This document shows, piece after piece, positions 10,776-23,405 of a DNA stretch of 32,000 bases. A model generated the notes under the pieces. The model was not told the origin of the DNA. It searched no databases and saw nothing but the letters and a program-made list of their open reading frames with translations. Source of the stretch: Wallemia ichthyophaga EXF-994 (Eukaryota > Fungi > Basidiomycota); contig NW_008806274.1 of NCBI RefSeq assembly GCF_000400465.1, forward strand, positions 720,244 through 752,243, read 5' to 3'. A program made the position numbers and the translations under genes. Within the stretch, counting starts at the first letter, position 1, and every line of letters starts with the position of its first letter.

Positions 10776-11714
10776 ATGTCTGTCGCAACTCAACCACCAA
10801 AGACCAAGGACACAAAGGCCTTCCTTACTGATTTCATGATGGGTGGTGTCTCCGCCGCTGTCTCTAAGACCGCAGCAGCACCAATCGAGCGTATCAAGCT
10901 CCTCGTCCAAAACCAAGACGAGATGATCAAGCAAGGCCGTCTCTCTTCCCCTTACAAGGGTATTGGTGACTGCTTCGGACGTACCTACAAGGATGAGGGT
11001 CTTGTATCCTTCTGGAGAGGTAACACCGCCAACGTTATCCGTTACTTCCCAACCCAGGCACTCAACTTTGCCTTCAAGGATTACTTCAAGTCCCTCTTCG
11101 GTGCTAAGAAGTCTGACGGATACTGGACCTGGATGGCTGGTAACCTTGCATCAGGTGCTGGTGCTGGTGCTTCATCCCTCTTGTTCGTCTACTCTCTTGA
11201 CTTTGCTCGTACTCGTCTCGCAAATGACGCTAAGTCCGCTGCCAAGGGCGGTGAGCGTCAATTCAACGGTTTAGTCGATGTCTACAAGAAGACCCTCGCT
11301 TCCGATGGTCTCGCTGGTCTCTACAGAGGTTTCGGTCCATCAGTTGTCGGTATTGTTGTTTACAGAGGTCTCTACTTCGGTATGTTCGACTCTTTGAAGC
11401 CAGTTTTGCTTCAAGGTTCATTGTCAAACTCTTTCCTCGCTTCCTTCTTGCTCGGTTGGGGTGTCACTACTGGTGCTGGTTTGGCTTCATACCCACTTGA
11501 CACCATCCGTCGTCGTATGATGATGACCTCAGGTGGTACTGGTCCTCACTACAGATCTATGATGCACGCTGCTGCTGAAATCACCAAGACTGAAGGTACC
11601 TCTTCCTTGTTCAAGGGTGCTGGTGCCAACATTCTTCGTGGTGTCGCAGGTGCTGGTGTTCTTTCCATGTACGACAAGCTCCAAGAAATCCTCTTCGGTA
11701 CCGTTTACAAGTAA
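10776..11714 (+). CDS. AAC: Mitochondrial ADP/ATP carrier (adenine nucleotide translocase)
   Basis: 312-aa uninterrupted ORF with [33 protein letters not shown] and the RRRMMM signature. Strong codon bias typical of a highly expressed gene. Confidence 0.98.
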   Translation: MSVATQPPKTKDTKAFLTDFMMGGVSAAVSKTAAAPIERIKLLVQNQDEMIKQGRLSSPYKGIGDCFGRTYKDEGLVSFWRGNTANVIRYFPTQALNFAFKDYFKSLFGAKKSDGYWTWMAGNLASGAGAGASSLLFVYSLDFARTRLANDAKSAAKGGERQFNGLVDVYKKTLASDGLAGLYRGFGPSVVGIVVYRGLYFGMFDSLKPVLLQGSLSNSFLASFLLGWGVTTGAGLASYPLDTIRRRMMMTSGGTGPHYRSMMHAAAEITKTEGTSSLFKGAGANILRGVAGAGVLSMYDKLQEILFGTVYK

Positions 11715-11797
11715 AAAGTAAACAAAATGATTTGATTAATGTTCCACATAATCTAAAATTTGATTCTTTCTAGAAAAAACATAAATACTCTTTTAGT

Positions 11798-13094
11798 TTA
11801 CAATGGCTTGCTTGGATTGCTAGCTTGCTTTTTGAAATCTTCTACCCACTTCTTCTCCTTATCGTTCTTTGGCAAGACAATAAAGTTGAGTGCACCTTCA
11901 TTCAATGGAACACCATCCTGTTGAGCTGACTTGCCTTTGCTTGCAGCGGCTAAAACTTTTGAAAGTGTCAAACCCATACCCACCTTTAACAACTTTGCTT
12001 GGTTGGTTGCAACATAAACTGAGACAGCTGCCTGACCAGAGTATTCACCAGTTTGATCCCATGGAGGTGGTGGGTTCAGCATAGGATGGAGTTGGTCATT
12101 AAAAGTTGATAGCGTGGAGAAACCTGCAATATGTTCAGCCATTGGACCCACAGGTGAGACTGGGTAGAGAATATTTGCAGGGAATTCAATTGGAGTTGTT
12201 GGTGATGGAGCTGACCAGATATTTGGAGGGAACAAAGGAATGGAATCTTTAGAAGATTCTGGGAGGTAGTTTTTATCAAATTTAACTGGATGGTCACGTT
12301 TGAATATGTCGCCCTTGATGACGACACCAGAGAGCTGTTTGAGGGTGTTAAAGGGGGGAATATTAAGTAAGATCAAGACCTACCTCAATCGCATCCCTTA
12401 ATGCATTCACAGACTCATGCTTTCTTCTTTGAGATTCGGATATCTCAATTTTACGCCTAAGTTGAGATTGATGCTTTGTGTTGATATGCTGGAGAAGGAC
12501 TTGAGCTTGTTTATTTTCAGAGTCAAGGAGAAGAACGTGATTGGCAGCATCTGTTGCCTCATCGAACCTCTCTAAAGCGTTCAAAGCCCTAGCAGCTCTG
12601 TATAAAGCTTTTGTGTTGCGTGGATTAATTTGAAGTACTTGAGCGGTGTCTTTGAGAGTCTGACCGAAGTTTTCTGTGTGTTTTGTTTAGAATTGAAAAA
12701 GAGAAGACATGAGACACCTACGCAATTCGAGGTTTGAAGCAGCTCTATTCGAGTAGAGTGATTCAAGTAGCGATTTATCGGATGGATTAGCATTGATAGA
12801 CTGAGTATAGAACTGAATAGCCTCTTTAAACCTCTTTCCCTTGAAATAATCGTTGGCTTGCTCTTTGAATTGTAAAGCGACTTCATCAGGAGAGCCATCA
12901 AAAGTGAGTGATTGCAATGCCTGTATCGTATCATTGTCTTGATAGTTTTCAGGCAGCGACTTCATGAACAAAGGTGTCTCGTTCAGTTCTTTCTCAGTTG
13001 GTGCCCTCCTTGGCTCTGCTAGCGATGGCTTTACACCTGTTTGACCAATTTCTGCGAGCTTAGCAACGGCGTCATCGACTTCCAGCTTGGACAT
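11798..13094 (-). CDS. CNS1: TPR co-chaperone Cns1/TTC4
   Basis: Exons 13094-12722, 12673-12384, 12334-11798 (399 aa). Motifs LNETPLFMKSLP, FKEQANDYFKGKRFKEAIQFYTQ, LYSNRAASNLELQNFG, and NTKALYRAARAL. Confidence 0.88.
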
Positions 13095-13137
13095 TTCCAG
13101 TATTTTAGAATTTTAAACTCGTTGCAGCGAAACAACC

Positions 13138-14307
13138 ATGGCAGCGACTACAGAGGAATACAAATTCACTTGCCAGGGATGTGGATTAGCGTTTAACTTA
13201 GCAGAGGATCAGAGAACACACTTTAAATCAGATTTACATCGTTATAATATGAAGAGAAGGGTAACCGCACTTCCTCCAATTTCTGCAGAACAATTCAAGC
13301 AAAAGTTCGTAGATAATACATCATCAAAGCCAACAACTGTACAAGTAAAGCCAAATCACGTTAAAGAGAAGAATTATAAACCTGCAAAGCCAGCTAAAGA
13401 TGTTCAAATGGTGGATGATAACCCTCAACTCAGTGAAGAAGAAATTTATCAACAAAGATTAAAATCTAGATTGAGCTCTTTAGATTGCTTATTCTCTAAT
13501 GAGAAATTTGATTCTGTTCAGGATAACGTGAGGCATATGGAACACAATTTCAGCTTTTACATCCCAGATAGGGAGTTTATTGACAATTTGGATGGTTTAA
13601 TACAGTATTTGGCTGATAAGGTTTCTATTGGTCACACTTGTTTATTCTGCAACAGATCTTTCACCTCTCTCGACTCGATAAGGAAGCACATGCTCGATAA
13701 ATCTCACAATAAGATTGCCTATGATCTTCCTGAAGAGAAGGATGAAATTTCTGACTACTACAACTTCGATGTTGACCACTCTTCTACCCAGAATGACGAG
13801 GGCTGGGAGGATGATGAAGATATTCAGTCAGGCGACGAGGATGAAGTGGTCCACCAGGATGAAACTAAGGAAGAGGGTGATGTTCACTATGGTGACACTC
13901 CTTTCGAATTGGTCTTACCTTCTGGAAGGAGAATTGGACACAGATCGATGCAACTTTACTACAAACAAAGACCAATACAGACTGAACTGACGGAGAAGAA
14001 ACACGATAAGCAGGCTGTGACGCATAAAATGTCAGACGACAACGCACTCATTCCTGCTAAAGGTTCTGGCTTCGGTGCGTTCGGCCAGGGCCAACAAATT
14101 ATTCAGGCTCCTCACAAGGGTGATGCCAAGCTTGCGAAGAAGGCCACAAGACAGGCTAGGGATGTGCAGAAGAGAGAGCAGTTCAAGACAAAGGTTGGAT
14201 ACAAACACAACAACCAGAAACAGTGAGTCCGATAAAATTTTCCACTTTTCCACCACACCCCACTAACCACACACCTACACAGCTTCCGTGATCAACTGCT
14301 TCAATAG
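13138..14307 (+). CDS. REI1: Cytoplasmic pre-60S maturation factor Rei1/Reh1 (ZNF622 family, C2H2 zinc fingers)
   Basis: Exons 13138-14222 and 14283-14307 (369 aa). Motifs FTCQGC..HFKSDLHRYNMKRRV, HMEHNFSFYIPD, CLFCN..HMLDKSH and LVLPSGRRIGHRS. The intron restores the conserved C-terminus NNQKHFRDQLLQ. Confidence 0.93.
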
Positions 14308-14404
14308 ATTTGCCCTTCTTGTATACGACATTACGCATCGGTTAAATTTCACATACGTCATACCAGAGTGATTCCTGAATCGAACGCTGAAGCTTCTTTT
14401 TAAG

Positions 14405-15669
14405 ATGCTAAGTGTCAATACCAACACAAGATCGTACCACCTTCCTGGACGATCACATTCACCATCCAACTCAATGTCGAATATCAACGAGAGAGACAGC
14501 CTTCTACCAGGCCAGCCCCGCAAAACGCACGCAGAGTCATTCAAGTGGCTGATTAAATCTGGCTGGCAGATAAATTTGCTGCTGGTCTTCGTACCGCTCA
14601 GCTTCCTTTCACATTTCCTGCAATTAAATGACAAGCTCATTTTCATTTCCTCTTTCCTCGCTATTATCCCACTAGCAAAGCTTCTCGGGGATGCCACCGA
14701 GCAAGTCGCGCTTAAGCTCGGCGATACGCTTGGTGGGCTTCTCAACGCGTCATTTGGAAATGCCGTTGAGTTGATTGTCGGTATCGTCGCACTCAATCAG
14801 GGACAGTTGAGAATTGTGCAAACGTCAATGCTTGGTAGTATTCTCTCTAATCTTTTACTCGTCCTTGGAATGTCCTTCTTCGCTGGTGGTATTGCGTACA
14901 ACGAATCCGAGTTCCAGCAAACTGCTGCACAAGCATCAGCATCAGTTATGACCCTCAGTTGCATTACGTTGATTATACCTGCTGCTTATGAATCCTCATT
15001 CGGGAGGACATTCGAAGGCGAGCATGACGGACTGCTTATCATCTCCAGAGGCACTGCTCTCCTTCTCCTGCTTATCTACGGCGCTTACCTTTATTTCCAA
15101 CTAAAGACGCACGCTCATTTGTTTGATACTACATCAGAAGAGGAAGATGAGGAGCCTGAAATGAACACGACGGCAGCATGCGTCGCACTGCTTGTCATTA
15201 CTGTTATTACGTCATTCTGCGCTGATTACTTGGTAGGCACTATCGACACAGTAGCGCAGGAGTGGCATCTACCAAAGCCATTCATCGGTCTCATTCTCCT
15301 TCCACTCGTCGCTAATGCCGCAGAGCATGTAACGTCAGTGTGGATGGCATCTAAGGGCAAAATGCCGCTGGCTATTGGTGTATCGATTGGTTCATCGATT
15401 GTGGGTGAATTGTATTTTATAGGTGCAAATTACTAACAAACCTTTCAAAGCAAATCGCTGTATGTCTTCTGCCACTCCTTCTGGTCATTGGATGGATCAT
15501 AGGTCAGCCTCTCACCCTTTTCTTCAACAACTTTGAAACTGTTTCGCTATTCGTTAGTGTCCTCCTCGTCGCGCTCATTGTCCAAGATGGAAAATCCAAT
15601 TGGTTGGAAGGTGCCATGTTGGTTGTGTTGTACATTGTCCTAGCATTAGCATTCTACGTAACACCGTAG
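14405..15669 (+). CDS. VCX1: Vacuolar Ca2+/H+ exchanger (CaCA family)
   Basis: Exons 14405-15400 and 15451-15669 (404 aa). Alpha-repeats GNAVELIVG/GSILSNLLLVLG and ANAAEH..GSSIQIA, an acidic loop EEEDEEPE, and DGKSNWLEG. Confidence 0.93.
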
Positions 15670-15702
15670 ACGCAGATGCAGATGCAAATGCACATGCACA
15701 TT
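15670..15702 (+). repeat. Degenerate hexamer repeat (GCAGAT/GCAAAT/GCACAT) downstream of VCX1
   Basis: The sequence reads gacgcagatgcagatgcaaatgcacatgcacat. Confidence 0.7.
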
Positions 15703-15789
15703 ATATTTGTATAATTTTACATAATTCCTCACATAACATGTCCTTTTACATTCTTCACGCTTCTCAATCACAAACACACAAAACAGAAA

Positions 15790-17468
15790 ATGGTGAATAG
15801 CCATAGAGACGCATTCTTCAAGAATCCATCAGAGTTTATACAATCCATCTACGACAAACACGGGGCTGAGGGTATTGAGGAGAGGATAAAGGATGAGTTC
15901 CACAGCCTTGTTCTTCTCCCCGGCGATATGGACTCTATTGCACGCTTAGACGAACCATCTAGCGATAATCACTACAACACTCTCGTCAGATGGACTGCTA
16001 TGGTCCAGGATACTGGCTACGGCACTGAGATGTACCTGTCGACATCAGCCACCAACAAATGTCTTGTCTACGGCGCAAATGAGGATGAGGTGGGTGCGAG
16101 TCCCTAAACGCGAGTAAAACACGTTCTCAGACGTGACAAAAGGAAGTGCAATACGTAAACGATTCTGATGCTCTATCGCGGATACGCGAACGTACGAATG
16201 TCTACGCTGTCGAAATTCCCGGTGACAATCGCAGTCGTAGTCGCAGTCAAAGACGCGACCTGCCAACAGGACCAAAGCACAAGTTCCCTTTGGATGGCGT
16301 CGACGACTCTCTAGGGGTGCTATTGAAGGTGCGTTACGTTGCGTGTCTTGTTAATTCTCACCCGGCTCACAACTTTCATTTCACAACTCAGATATACGAC
16401 AATGATCTCGCCAGCTCACTGCGTCCAGCCACCAACTACGAATTTGTCGGCATCCTCGGCAAATCCGCCCTTCCACGGACACTCGACTCTATCGAGGATG
16501 ACGGTGCGCAGGAGTATATTGTACCGTCTCTACACGTCGTATACGCGCAACCGTGCTTCAATAAGCAGACCAAAAGGGTTGAAAACAGGGGTGTTTGTGA
16601 GAGTCTACTGAATTGGCTCAAAGATGAGGTGTTCGACGGTGATGAACTTGCCGCTTACTACCTCCTGCTCGCTCTGGTGTCTCAGACGCAGAACCGCAAG
16701 GCTGGCTCACCAATTGGAACATTACCCATAACGCTTTCGTATCCCGAGAGTGAAAGCCACAGCAACGCCAGCAAGGCACCGCCCAAGATCCTCAAAGCTG
16801 TTCAAATACTATCTAACCTTTCAGCACACATCCCACTTTCTATCGAGAACCTCAACAGTCGCCGTCTGTATCCTTTCTCAAATGGGGATGACCTCCACAG
16901 TGGAAGTCTTCAACTCTCACCCTCCACAGTGCTAATTCTCGACGAAAGATTCTTGGGCCAAGGTACACTGCAAGATACCGGAGTTCGGAATGTCCATTCT
17001 ATACAGAACGTGATCCAGTCGCAGAAATTGGAATATGGTTTCCCCTTCTCGTCTTTTGCATTTGATACTGATCTCATAGGCGTAGTGTTGACAGACCACT
17101 CCAAGTCTATTATACCAGGCACAGTGCATATTAAGCTGCGCGGCACACCTGAGCAGCTGTGTGGAGAGTTGGCTATACCGGACGATGCAGAGTTGTGGAG
17201 GGAGTTCATCCTCCAATCGAGATGCAAGAGTGTTGCCATTCCTGACAACATATCCAACCTCATCCAGCAGTCTTTCGTCGATGAGCGACAAACTCACAAA
17301 CAGGCTGGTCTTTCCGGAGAAGGTACATCTTCAGATGACTTGGGCAGGAGGATCACCATGGCCAGATTGCTCACGTCGCTCGATGATTTCGATAAGAGTG
17401 ACATGAACGAGCGTCATTGGGGGTTGATTACAAGGCTAGAAAAAGATAGAGAATCTAGAGGTGTTTGA
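15790..17468 (+). CDS. MCMBP: Mini-chromosome maintenance complex-binding protein (MCMBP/Mcb1)
   Basis: Exons 15790-16089, 16143-16328, 16392-17468 (~520 aa; the intron 1 acceptor is an AAG and less certain). Motifs LVRWTAMVQDT, LLK-IYD, YEFVGIL, DELAAYYLLLAL, LHSGSLQL..LILDE..G.G.L and ITMARLL. Confidence 0.85.
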
Positions 17469-17512
17469 GGATGTTTAATTGTATTGCATTGCTATACCAA
17501 TTTATCATATTT

Positions 17513-19477
17513 TTAATCCATACTGCGCCTTATTTCAGCATTCCAGAAAGTAAATATGTCCATTTCGTGTGGCATTTCTAGCCACTCGCTCACCCACTTA
17601 TAGAATCGGTCGACGTCGGCGGATTTATTGAACGAATCAAGTGCAAACAACTGACTATGATGGTCGACGGATTTAGATGACGATGATGCCCCGATGATGC
17701 GCTTGATATCAGATATGAACATGGGCGATATGCTCTCATTGAGCGCTATTATGCATCTGAATAGCGTAGGTTTAGAAGGAGCCATGCCCAGCTCTCGCAT
17801 CCAACTCAAAGCTTGAAGGATGAGGTTGGTGTTTTCGTACGACCCGCCAGAAGATCGTCTCTCGAATAACATCTTGACATATGCATCAAAATGCTCACTC
17901 TTGATTGAAACGCTCGTTAAATCAATCTCTGGTGTAGATTTGGTGAGGAGATTATCCCAATTTCCAGCACTGTACGTTAGCGTGACTGGCGCATTGACAG
18001 AGTGTAAATGAGGAAATTGACTCAAGAGAAGTCCTCTGAAAACACCTTCGATCCTCCTCCAAAACATCTCCGAGTGCTCAAGAACATCACTGTGATGACC
18101 AAGTGTCAAATCGCGCAGCTCCGCCCTAAACCCTCTTCCAAGTTCTTTGATGTGATATTTGAGTGAATTGTTGTGATAAGCTTCTACTATGAAATATTTG
18201 CACGGATATAGTCCCCCAATACCCCCCTTAAACTTGCTGTGCTGGTTAAAGGATGCCTTCAACGTTATTTCAAACGTCGACGAATTCGGCGCTACTTTCC
18301 ACCTTCCGCGCAGTAAAGCACTCCAAACCCACCACACACCGTATTTTTCACGCCTGAATGCCAGACTGTTGAGAAGGGGATGTACAACGCCTATTGCGTA
18401 TTTACCTGCGTACTCATCTAGTAACTCGACGGCCTCGTTGTACAAACCTAGCTGTGAGTAGGATTGTATTACTGGTTTGAGCATTCCATTTAAATGCTGC
18501 TGGTTGTGAAAGTGATATTGAGGTTGGATGAGCTTGTATATACCAATCACATCATAGTACAACCTCCTCAACGCTAAACCACGCATTATAGACGCATATC
18601 CTATACTTTTTGATGAATCTGGCAGTGAATTGAGCATTTCGAGCAATCTGCTAGGCGTGAATTGGTTCGATTTGGCCATTATACCGAGTATAGACAGCTT
18701 GGCTTTGTCCGAGTAGCTGTTTGTGTCTAGACTGTTATAATAAGCTTCTGCTGCCATAACATCATCTTCCAGCGCTGATATGAAAGTCGATTGTGCACAT
18801 TTCCACTGATAGGTGGAAACGTTTGGAATTTTCCCGATCTGTTCCAAATACACCTGCGATTCATTCACACTGCCTCTTTTCGCGGAAACCTTCAAAGCCT
18901 GATAGAGGATATCGAAGTCAGGTGAGATACCAGCATCGTACATCCTCTGCCACAATTTGATCGTGAAAGATGAATCACGCCATTGCATCTTTTTCGACCA
19001 AATGACAGTGAGGATTGAGTGATTGAATTTAACGCCCTGCTCAATCATTCTGTCGACGACATCCAACAGCAGCGTCTGTCGTAGTTTGTCGTCCATGTTA
19101 TGTGGTCTGTGGATGAATCTAATAAGTTTGTAGTACTCCTTGGTATTTAAATTGGGCTGTGAAAGCAGCATATGTACGGCTTGCTTCCAAACGCCCTCTC
19201 GACTGATGTCGTTGTACGAGATATATCTCAGGTTTTGGAGTCCAATTGATAACCGTGAATGCGATGGGAGTGATGGCCACCTCTGTAGCAAGTCATGGTG
19301 GAATTTAATAGCTTCGTTTGGATTCTCATACGCTGTTTTCGTGTACTGGAGGAGATCTCGCGGCCAGTGTGCTTTGTAGATATCAATGTCGCTATTATTG
19401 ATGTTGGGTATTTCAGTAGTGTAGTAGCATACGCTACTCGCTCGCAGTCGTAGCGCGTAGCGCGTGCATTGTAGCAT
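17513..19477 (-). CDS. Pentatricopeptide-repeat (PPR)-like protein, probably mitochondrial
   Basis: 654-aa ORF with an Arg/Ser-rich presequence (MLQCTRYALRLRASS) and ~35-aa helical repeats (GISPDFDILYQALKVSAKRG, IGYASIMRGLALRR, VAPNSSTFEITLKA). Confidence 0.62.
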   Translation of the reverse strand: MLQCTRYALRLRASSVCYYTTEIPNINNSDIDIYKAHWPRDLLQYTKTAYENPNEAIKFHHDLLQRWPSLPSHSRLSIGLQNLRYISYNDISREGVWKQAVHMLLSQPNLNTKEYYKLIRFIHRPHNMDDKLRQTLLLDVVDRMIEQGVKFNHSILTVIWSKKMQWRDSSFTIKLWQRMYDAGISPDFDILYQALKVSAKRGSVNESQVYLEQIGKIPNVSTYQWKCAQSTFISALEDDVMAAEAYYNSLDTNSYSDKAKLSILGIMAKSNQFTPSRLLEMLNSLPDSSKSIGYASIMRGLALRRLYYDVIGIYKLIQPQYHFHNQQHLNGMLKPVIQSYSQLGLYNEAVELLDEYAGKYAIGVVHPLLNSLAFRREKYGVWWVWSALLRGRWKVAPNSSTFEITLKASFNQHSKFKGGIGGLYPCKYFIVEAYHNNSLKYHIKELGRGFRAELRDLTLGHHSDVLEHSEMFWRRIEGVFRGLLLSQFPHLHSVNAPVTLTYSAGNWDNLLTKSTPEIDLTSVSIKSEHFDAYVKMLFERRSSGGSYENTNLILQALSWMRELGMAPSKPTLFRCIIALNESISPMFISDIKRIIGASSSSKSVDHHSQLFALDSFNKSADVDRFYKWVSEWLEMPHEMDIFTFWNAEIRRSMD

Positions 19478-19576
19478 TGAGATGATGGTTGTAAGAAGAG
19501 AAGACAGAACGGAGAAGCTCGTGTAATAAATATTCTATGTATAATTAACCATGAATACAAAACAAAATAACGCTTT

Positions 19577-21839
19577 CTACTCTTCATCCTCGTCCATTTC
19601 AACCTCCTCGTCGTCCTCATCGCCATCCTCCTCCTCAGCATCAGGCGCAGCCTCGAGATCGCTGTCATCATCCTTAATCTCCACCGACTGCGTGCGTTTC
19701 TGCTCTCTCGCCTTCCTCAATATCTTAACAAAAGCGCCGAGAGTGGTTGATTCAACTGAAGTGCTTTCCAAAAATCGATCAATCTGTCCTCTTTCACCGG
19801 GACTGAAGTCTATCTTGACTCTCTCATTCTCGATAAACTTAGCCTGTGCCTCCAGTCTCTCGACCAGTGACTTGAATTGACCGACAACTTTCTGTCCAGA
19901 AGGGCACTTTTTCATCGTTTTTCTGAGTATATGCACGACAGGTACGATCGATTCTGGGAACGCGATACTCGTGCCTATTGTCATGAATGCTTCTGCGAGA
20001 ATATATATGAGTTCATCCGCCAATTCCTCGACATAGACGCGAGTGCGACTGTACGACGTTGGTACTCTAATATAAAATTCAAAGTCTATAGGCTTCAAGG
20101 TGGACTTTTTAGGCGCGCGTTTGAATTCTGCAGATGAAAGTATCTCTAATAGCGGCGCTGAGATTGGTATGTACGCTCCGGTGCGCTGCTCCAGTCTCAG
20201 CAACGATCTCAGCATGTGGAAGCGCAGTGGGAAGTATCTCGAAGTTGGCACGAGACGCACAGCACCCAAACTAACCTGCACCAAAGGATAGATTAACGCT
20301 TGGAGTTCAGACTCAGGTGCTGTCTTGTCGTTCGCTAAGCTCAATACTAAGCTCCAGAAATCGACACAATGAACATATTGCCAATTGTATACCTGTTTAA
20401 AAGATTCTTTAATTTTAGTTTTCATTGATCCTCTGAGCAGTATCGCAAGTTGTCTTATGTAACCAAATGCTTGCTGATAGGATGCACCGTGGTCGAGTGT
20501 GTACAATTCCACAGCCGTGTTTTTCATGAGATTAATCTGTGGCAGGGTGTGAATGCTAGTTTGTTTGCATGCTCTGACGAATGTGAGGTATGTTGACTGG
20601 GAGGAGGTTTAATGAGACTTTTGTTGTAAGCAGTGTGCTCACCTTCAAAACTAGATCTACTACACTGGCATCACCAGCCAAGGCAATCTTGCGTACGGAC
20701 ATATACGCTGCGATACGAACACTATCGGTGGCGGAAGACCACAAATCGAGGAGAGTCTTGAGCAGAGACTTTATACCTTTCCTCCCACCGACTATGTATG
20801 GAATAATCTTACCAACCTCACTAACGGCGACTTTGAGAATACCGCCGTCATCTTCACTCTCCTCGTCGAGGTTGTCAGACGTAGCAGGGAAATGTGATAT
20901 CAAGTATAGGGCGCTGTTGACGTAGGTTGAGAGTAGCTTAGGGAGGATAGAGTTAGGGGATGGTGAGATTTTAAATCTACCATTATCGAGCTCCTTACAC
21001 GGCCAATGGTGGTTAAGGACTATGGGGGTGAATTTGAAAGTAGTGAGAATGACTTTATTGAAAAGATCAGCCGACTCGATGTCGTAAGTAAAGTTTTGAG
21101 ATTGCTTTTTAGGCATGTCTTCAAAGTCAGTTGAGAAGGCGGCAGATCTGAAGGCAAGGATGAGCTTTTTGAAGGACCTCAAGCTACGATGGTGGATGAT
21201 AGCCCTTTGCCAATCTCTGAGCATCTTTTTGGTAAGCTTTGTCGTAGATCTCTTCTTCTCGCCGTCAAATTCAGCTAAAGCAGCGGCCTCCTCGTCATCA
21301 GAATCCTCGGGTACGGACTTTTCATTCAGGTCATCCTGGTCATCGTCAGAGCCATTGAATTGTAACAATTCATTATCATTCTCCTTTAAGAATTTGTAGA
21401 ATTCTGGATCAGTTTTGCTGAGGTTTTTGATTGCTTCGGTGTGAGACTTTTCATCGAGTTCAGCGTCAGAGTTTTCAGCCTCAGCGTCTGAGACGTTAAC
21501 GCCTTCGGAGCCATCGGAGTCATCGGCGTCATCATCATTGTCATCACCACTAAGTTGCATATTGAGTACGTCGTCAACGTTTTGAGAGTGAGAGTGATCA
21601 GGGAGATCGTCATCCTCGCTTTCTTCAGCGTTTGAGTCAATCTCAGGTTGATTTGCAGAATCATTTGATTGGTCAGGGTTATTCTTATTCTTTGGCTTAT
21701 GATCCTTCTTTGCCTGGGCCTTCTTCTGTCTAACATCACGCTTATCCTTGACAGCTTTTACTTTCTTACGATTATCAAGCTGATTCTTTAATTTACCCGA
21801 TTGAGAGAATTTCTTTGTCTGTTTGCCCAATTTAGCCAT
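19577..21839 (-). CDS. NOC2: Nucleolar complex protein Noc2 (60S biogenesis)
   Basis: Exons 21839-20643 and 20596-19577 (738 aa). Motifs MAKLGKQTKKF, LSKTDPEFYKFLKENDNELLQF, YQQAFGYIRQLAILLR, VYNWQYVHCVDFWS and RYFPLRFH. Confidence 0.95.
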
Positions 21840-21915
21840 GGTGGTTGGTGAATACGAGTATGAAATGATAAATTTTGGTATAAAGAGTTACACGAGTTGT
21901 AATATCACTTTATCT

Positions 21916-22675
21916 TTACGTATTAGCTACTGTATTTTTATTCTCTTTACCGGATTCAGTCTCCACAGCTTGACCACTCTTACCCTCAATCTTATCAGCA
22001 GCTTCTTCGGCTTGTAGCGCAACATCGTTAAGCTCTTCGAAAGTAGCTGGTGCAGGTACAGGTGGCAATTGTGAACCGCTTGCGACTGTACCTTTAGTTT
22101 CTGTGCCCCTGTAATGATTTATGAGTTAGAGGATAAATTTTCACCTTTACGAAGTGATGAAACCCACCAATCAATAGCAACACGCGTAACACGAGGTTTG
22201 TCAACAAGAATACTTCTATTCAAGTGATCAAAATCGATTTCCGCAGGTGGATTCTCCTTTAATTCATCTGAATCATACTCATTGTGAACGTAGTAACCAA
22301 CGCGTACAAACTCTTGATCACGATAGCTTGCAGTGAGTAAGAGAACAGTAACGCCTAGAATCTCTTCTTTTGGAATTTTATCGACACTTGGTGGATTCGC
22401 TTCGAAAGTGAAAGAGTTTACACCAACAGGGACAGGGCCAACGAGGCAGCTATCCAATTCTTGATCAAAATTTACACTAGATGAGGATCCAACATAGATT
22501 AGCTTCCATTCCAAATCCTCTGGGAGATGAGAAATGCACTCAAATGTAACAGTGAATTTGAATGGATCTGACCAGCGTGCGTTTGGATTTCCAACTTGAA
22601 CGTCTCTGTCGGTTATGATTGAGTTAAAATCCTATAAACACGCGTAATTACCCACCTAATTGAAATAATCGACAT
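21916..22675 (-). CDS. ASF1: Histone H3-H4 chaperone Asf1
   Basis: Exons 22675-22656, 22605-22168, 22108-21916 (216 aa). Sequence MSIISIRDVQV..FECISHLPEDLEWKLIYVGSS..VGPVPVG..QEFVRVGYYV..PRVTRVAIDW. Confidence 0.97.
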
Positions 22676-22726
22676 GACTGATTCCTTTCAAACGCCTTCA
22701 AGATTCCTTAGTTCTCAACAACGAAT

Positions 22727-23393
22727 ATGACGTTGAAAGTTAGTTGGAATTTAAAATAAATAAAAATCTAATTTATTCTTTAAGCCTTCTATTTACGATA
22801 ATCCTAATAGCCAAGTTATTGTGACGGAAACTTCAAATGATTTGGTACACGTTATAGGTCAAGGTAGAGAGCTTTTACAGGATAAGCTAGGTAGTTGCAA
22901 TGAATTTATAAGAAGTGGCGTTGATGGATTCATACGCTTCGAAGATTGCGTTAAAAGTGGGTGATTCGCAGTTGTTTACCATTTACACCCATTTAACCCT
23001 CCAAGTACAGCCCAATCTAATCAAATTTTGGATAAGAATGAGCAGTTATCACCAAATATCTTTTATATCGCAGTCGCCGGTCTCGGTGGTTCTATTTTAG
23101 CCAGAAACTCGAACATACTGATGAGATTATCATTACCACCTACAGCTGCTTTAGCTACGTCATATCAATTACTCCCACAATCAACTTCAAACGGTTTCAA
23201 CAAGCTAACTTCCATCGAGGAATCTAAATTCCCTCAACTACACAATCAAAGACTTGAACTGAAAAAGTTCATCTCAAATAGCTTTATTGACACCAAAAAC
23301 ACTTTCAGCGGTTGGAATGACCTTGTTCAACAAAACACAAACAAAGGGTTTGATAAGATTCAAGAAATGACTGGATTTAGAGTTGGTAATTAG
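22727..23393 (+). CDS. MICOS subunit Mic26/Mic27 (apolipoprotein O family)
   Basis: Exons 22727-22738, 22785-22956, 23011-23393 (188 aa). Contains PSIYD near the start and the ApoO-like core YIAVAGLGGSILARNSNILMRLSLPP. Confidence 0.75.
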
Positions 23394-23405
23394 ATATTTT
23401 GATAG

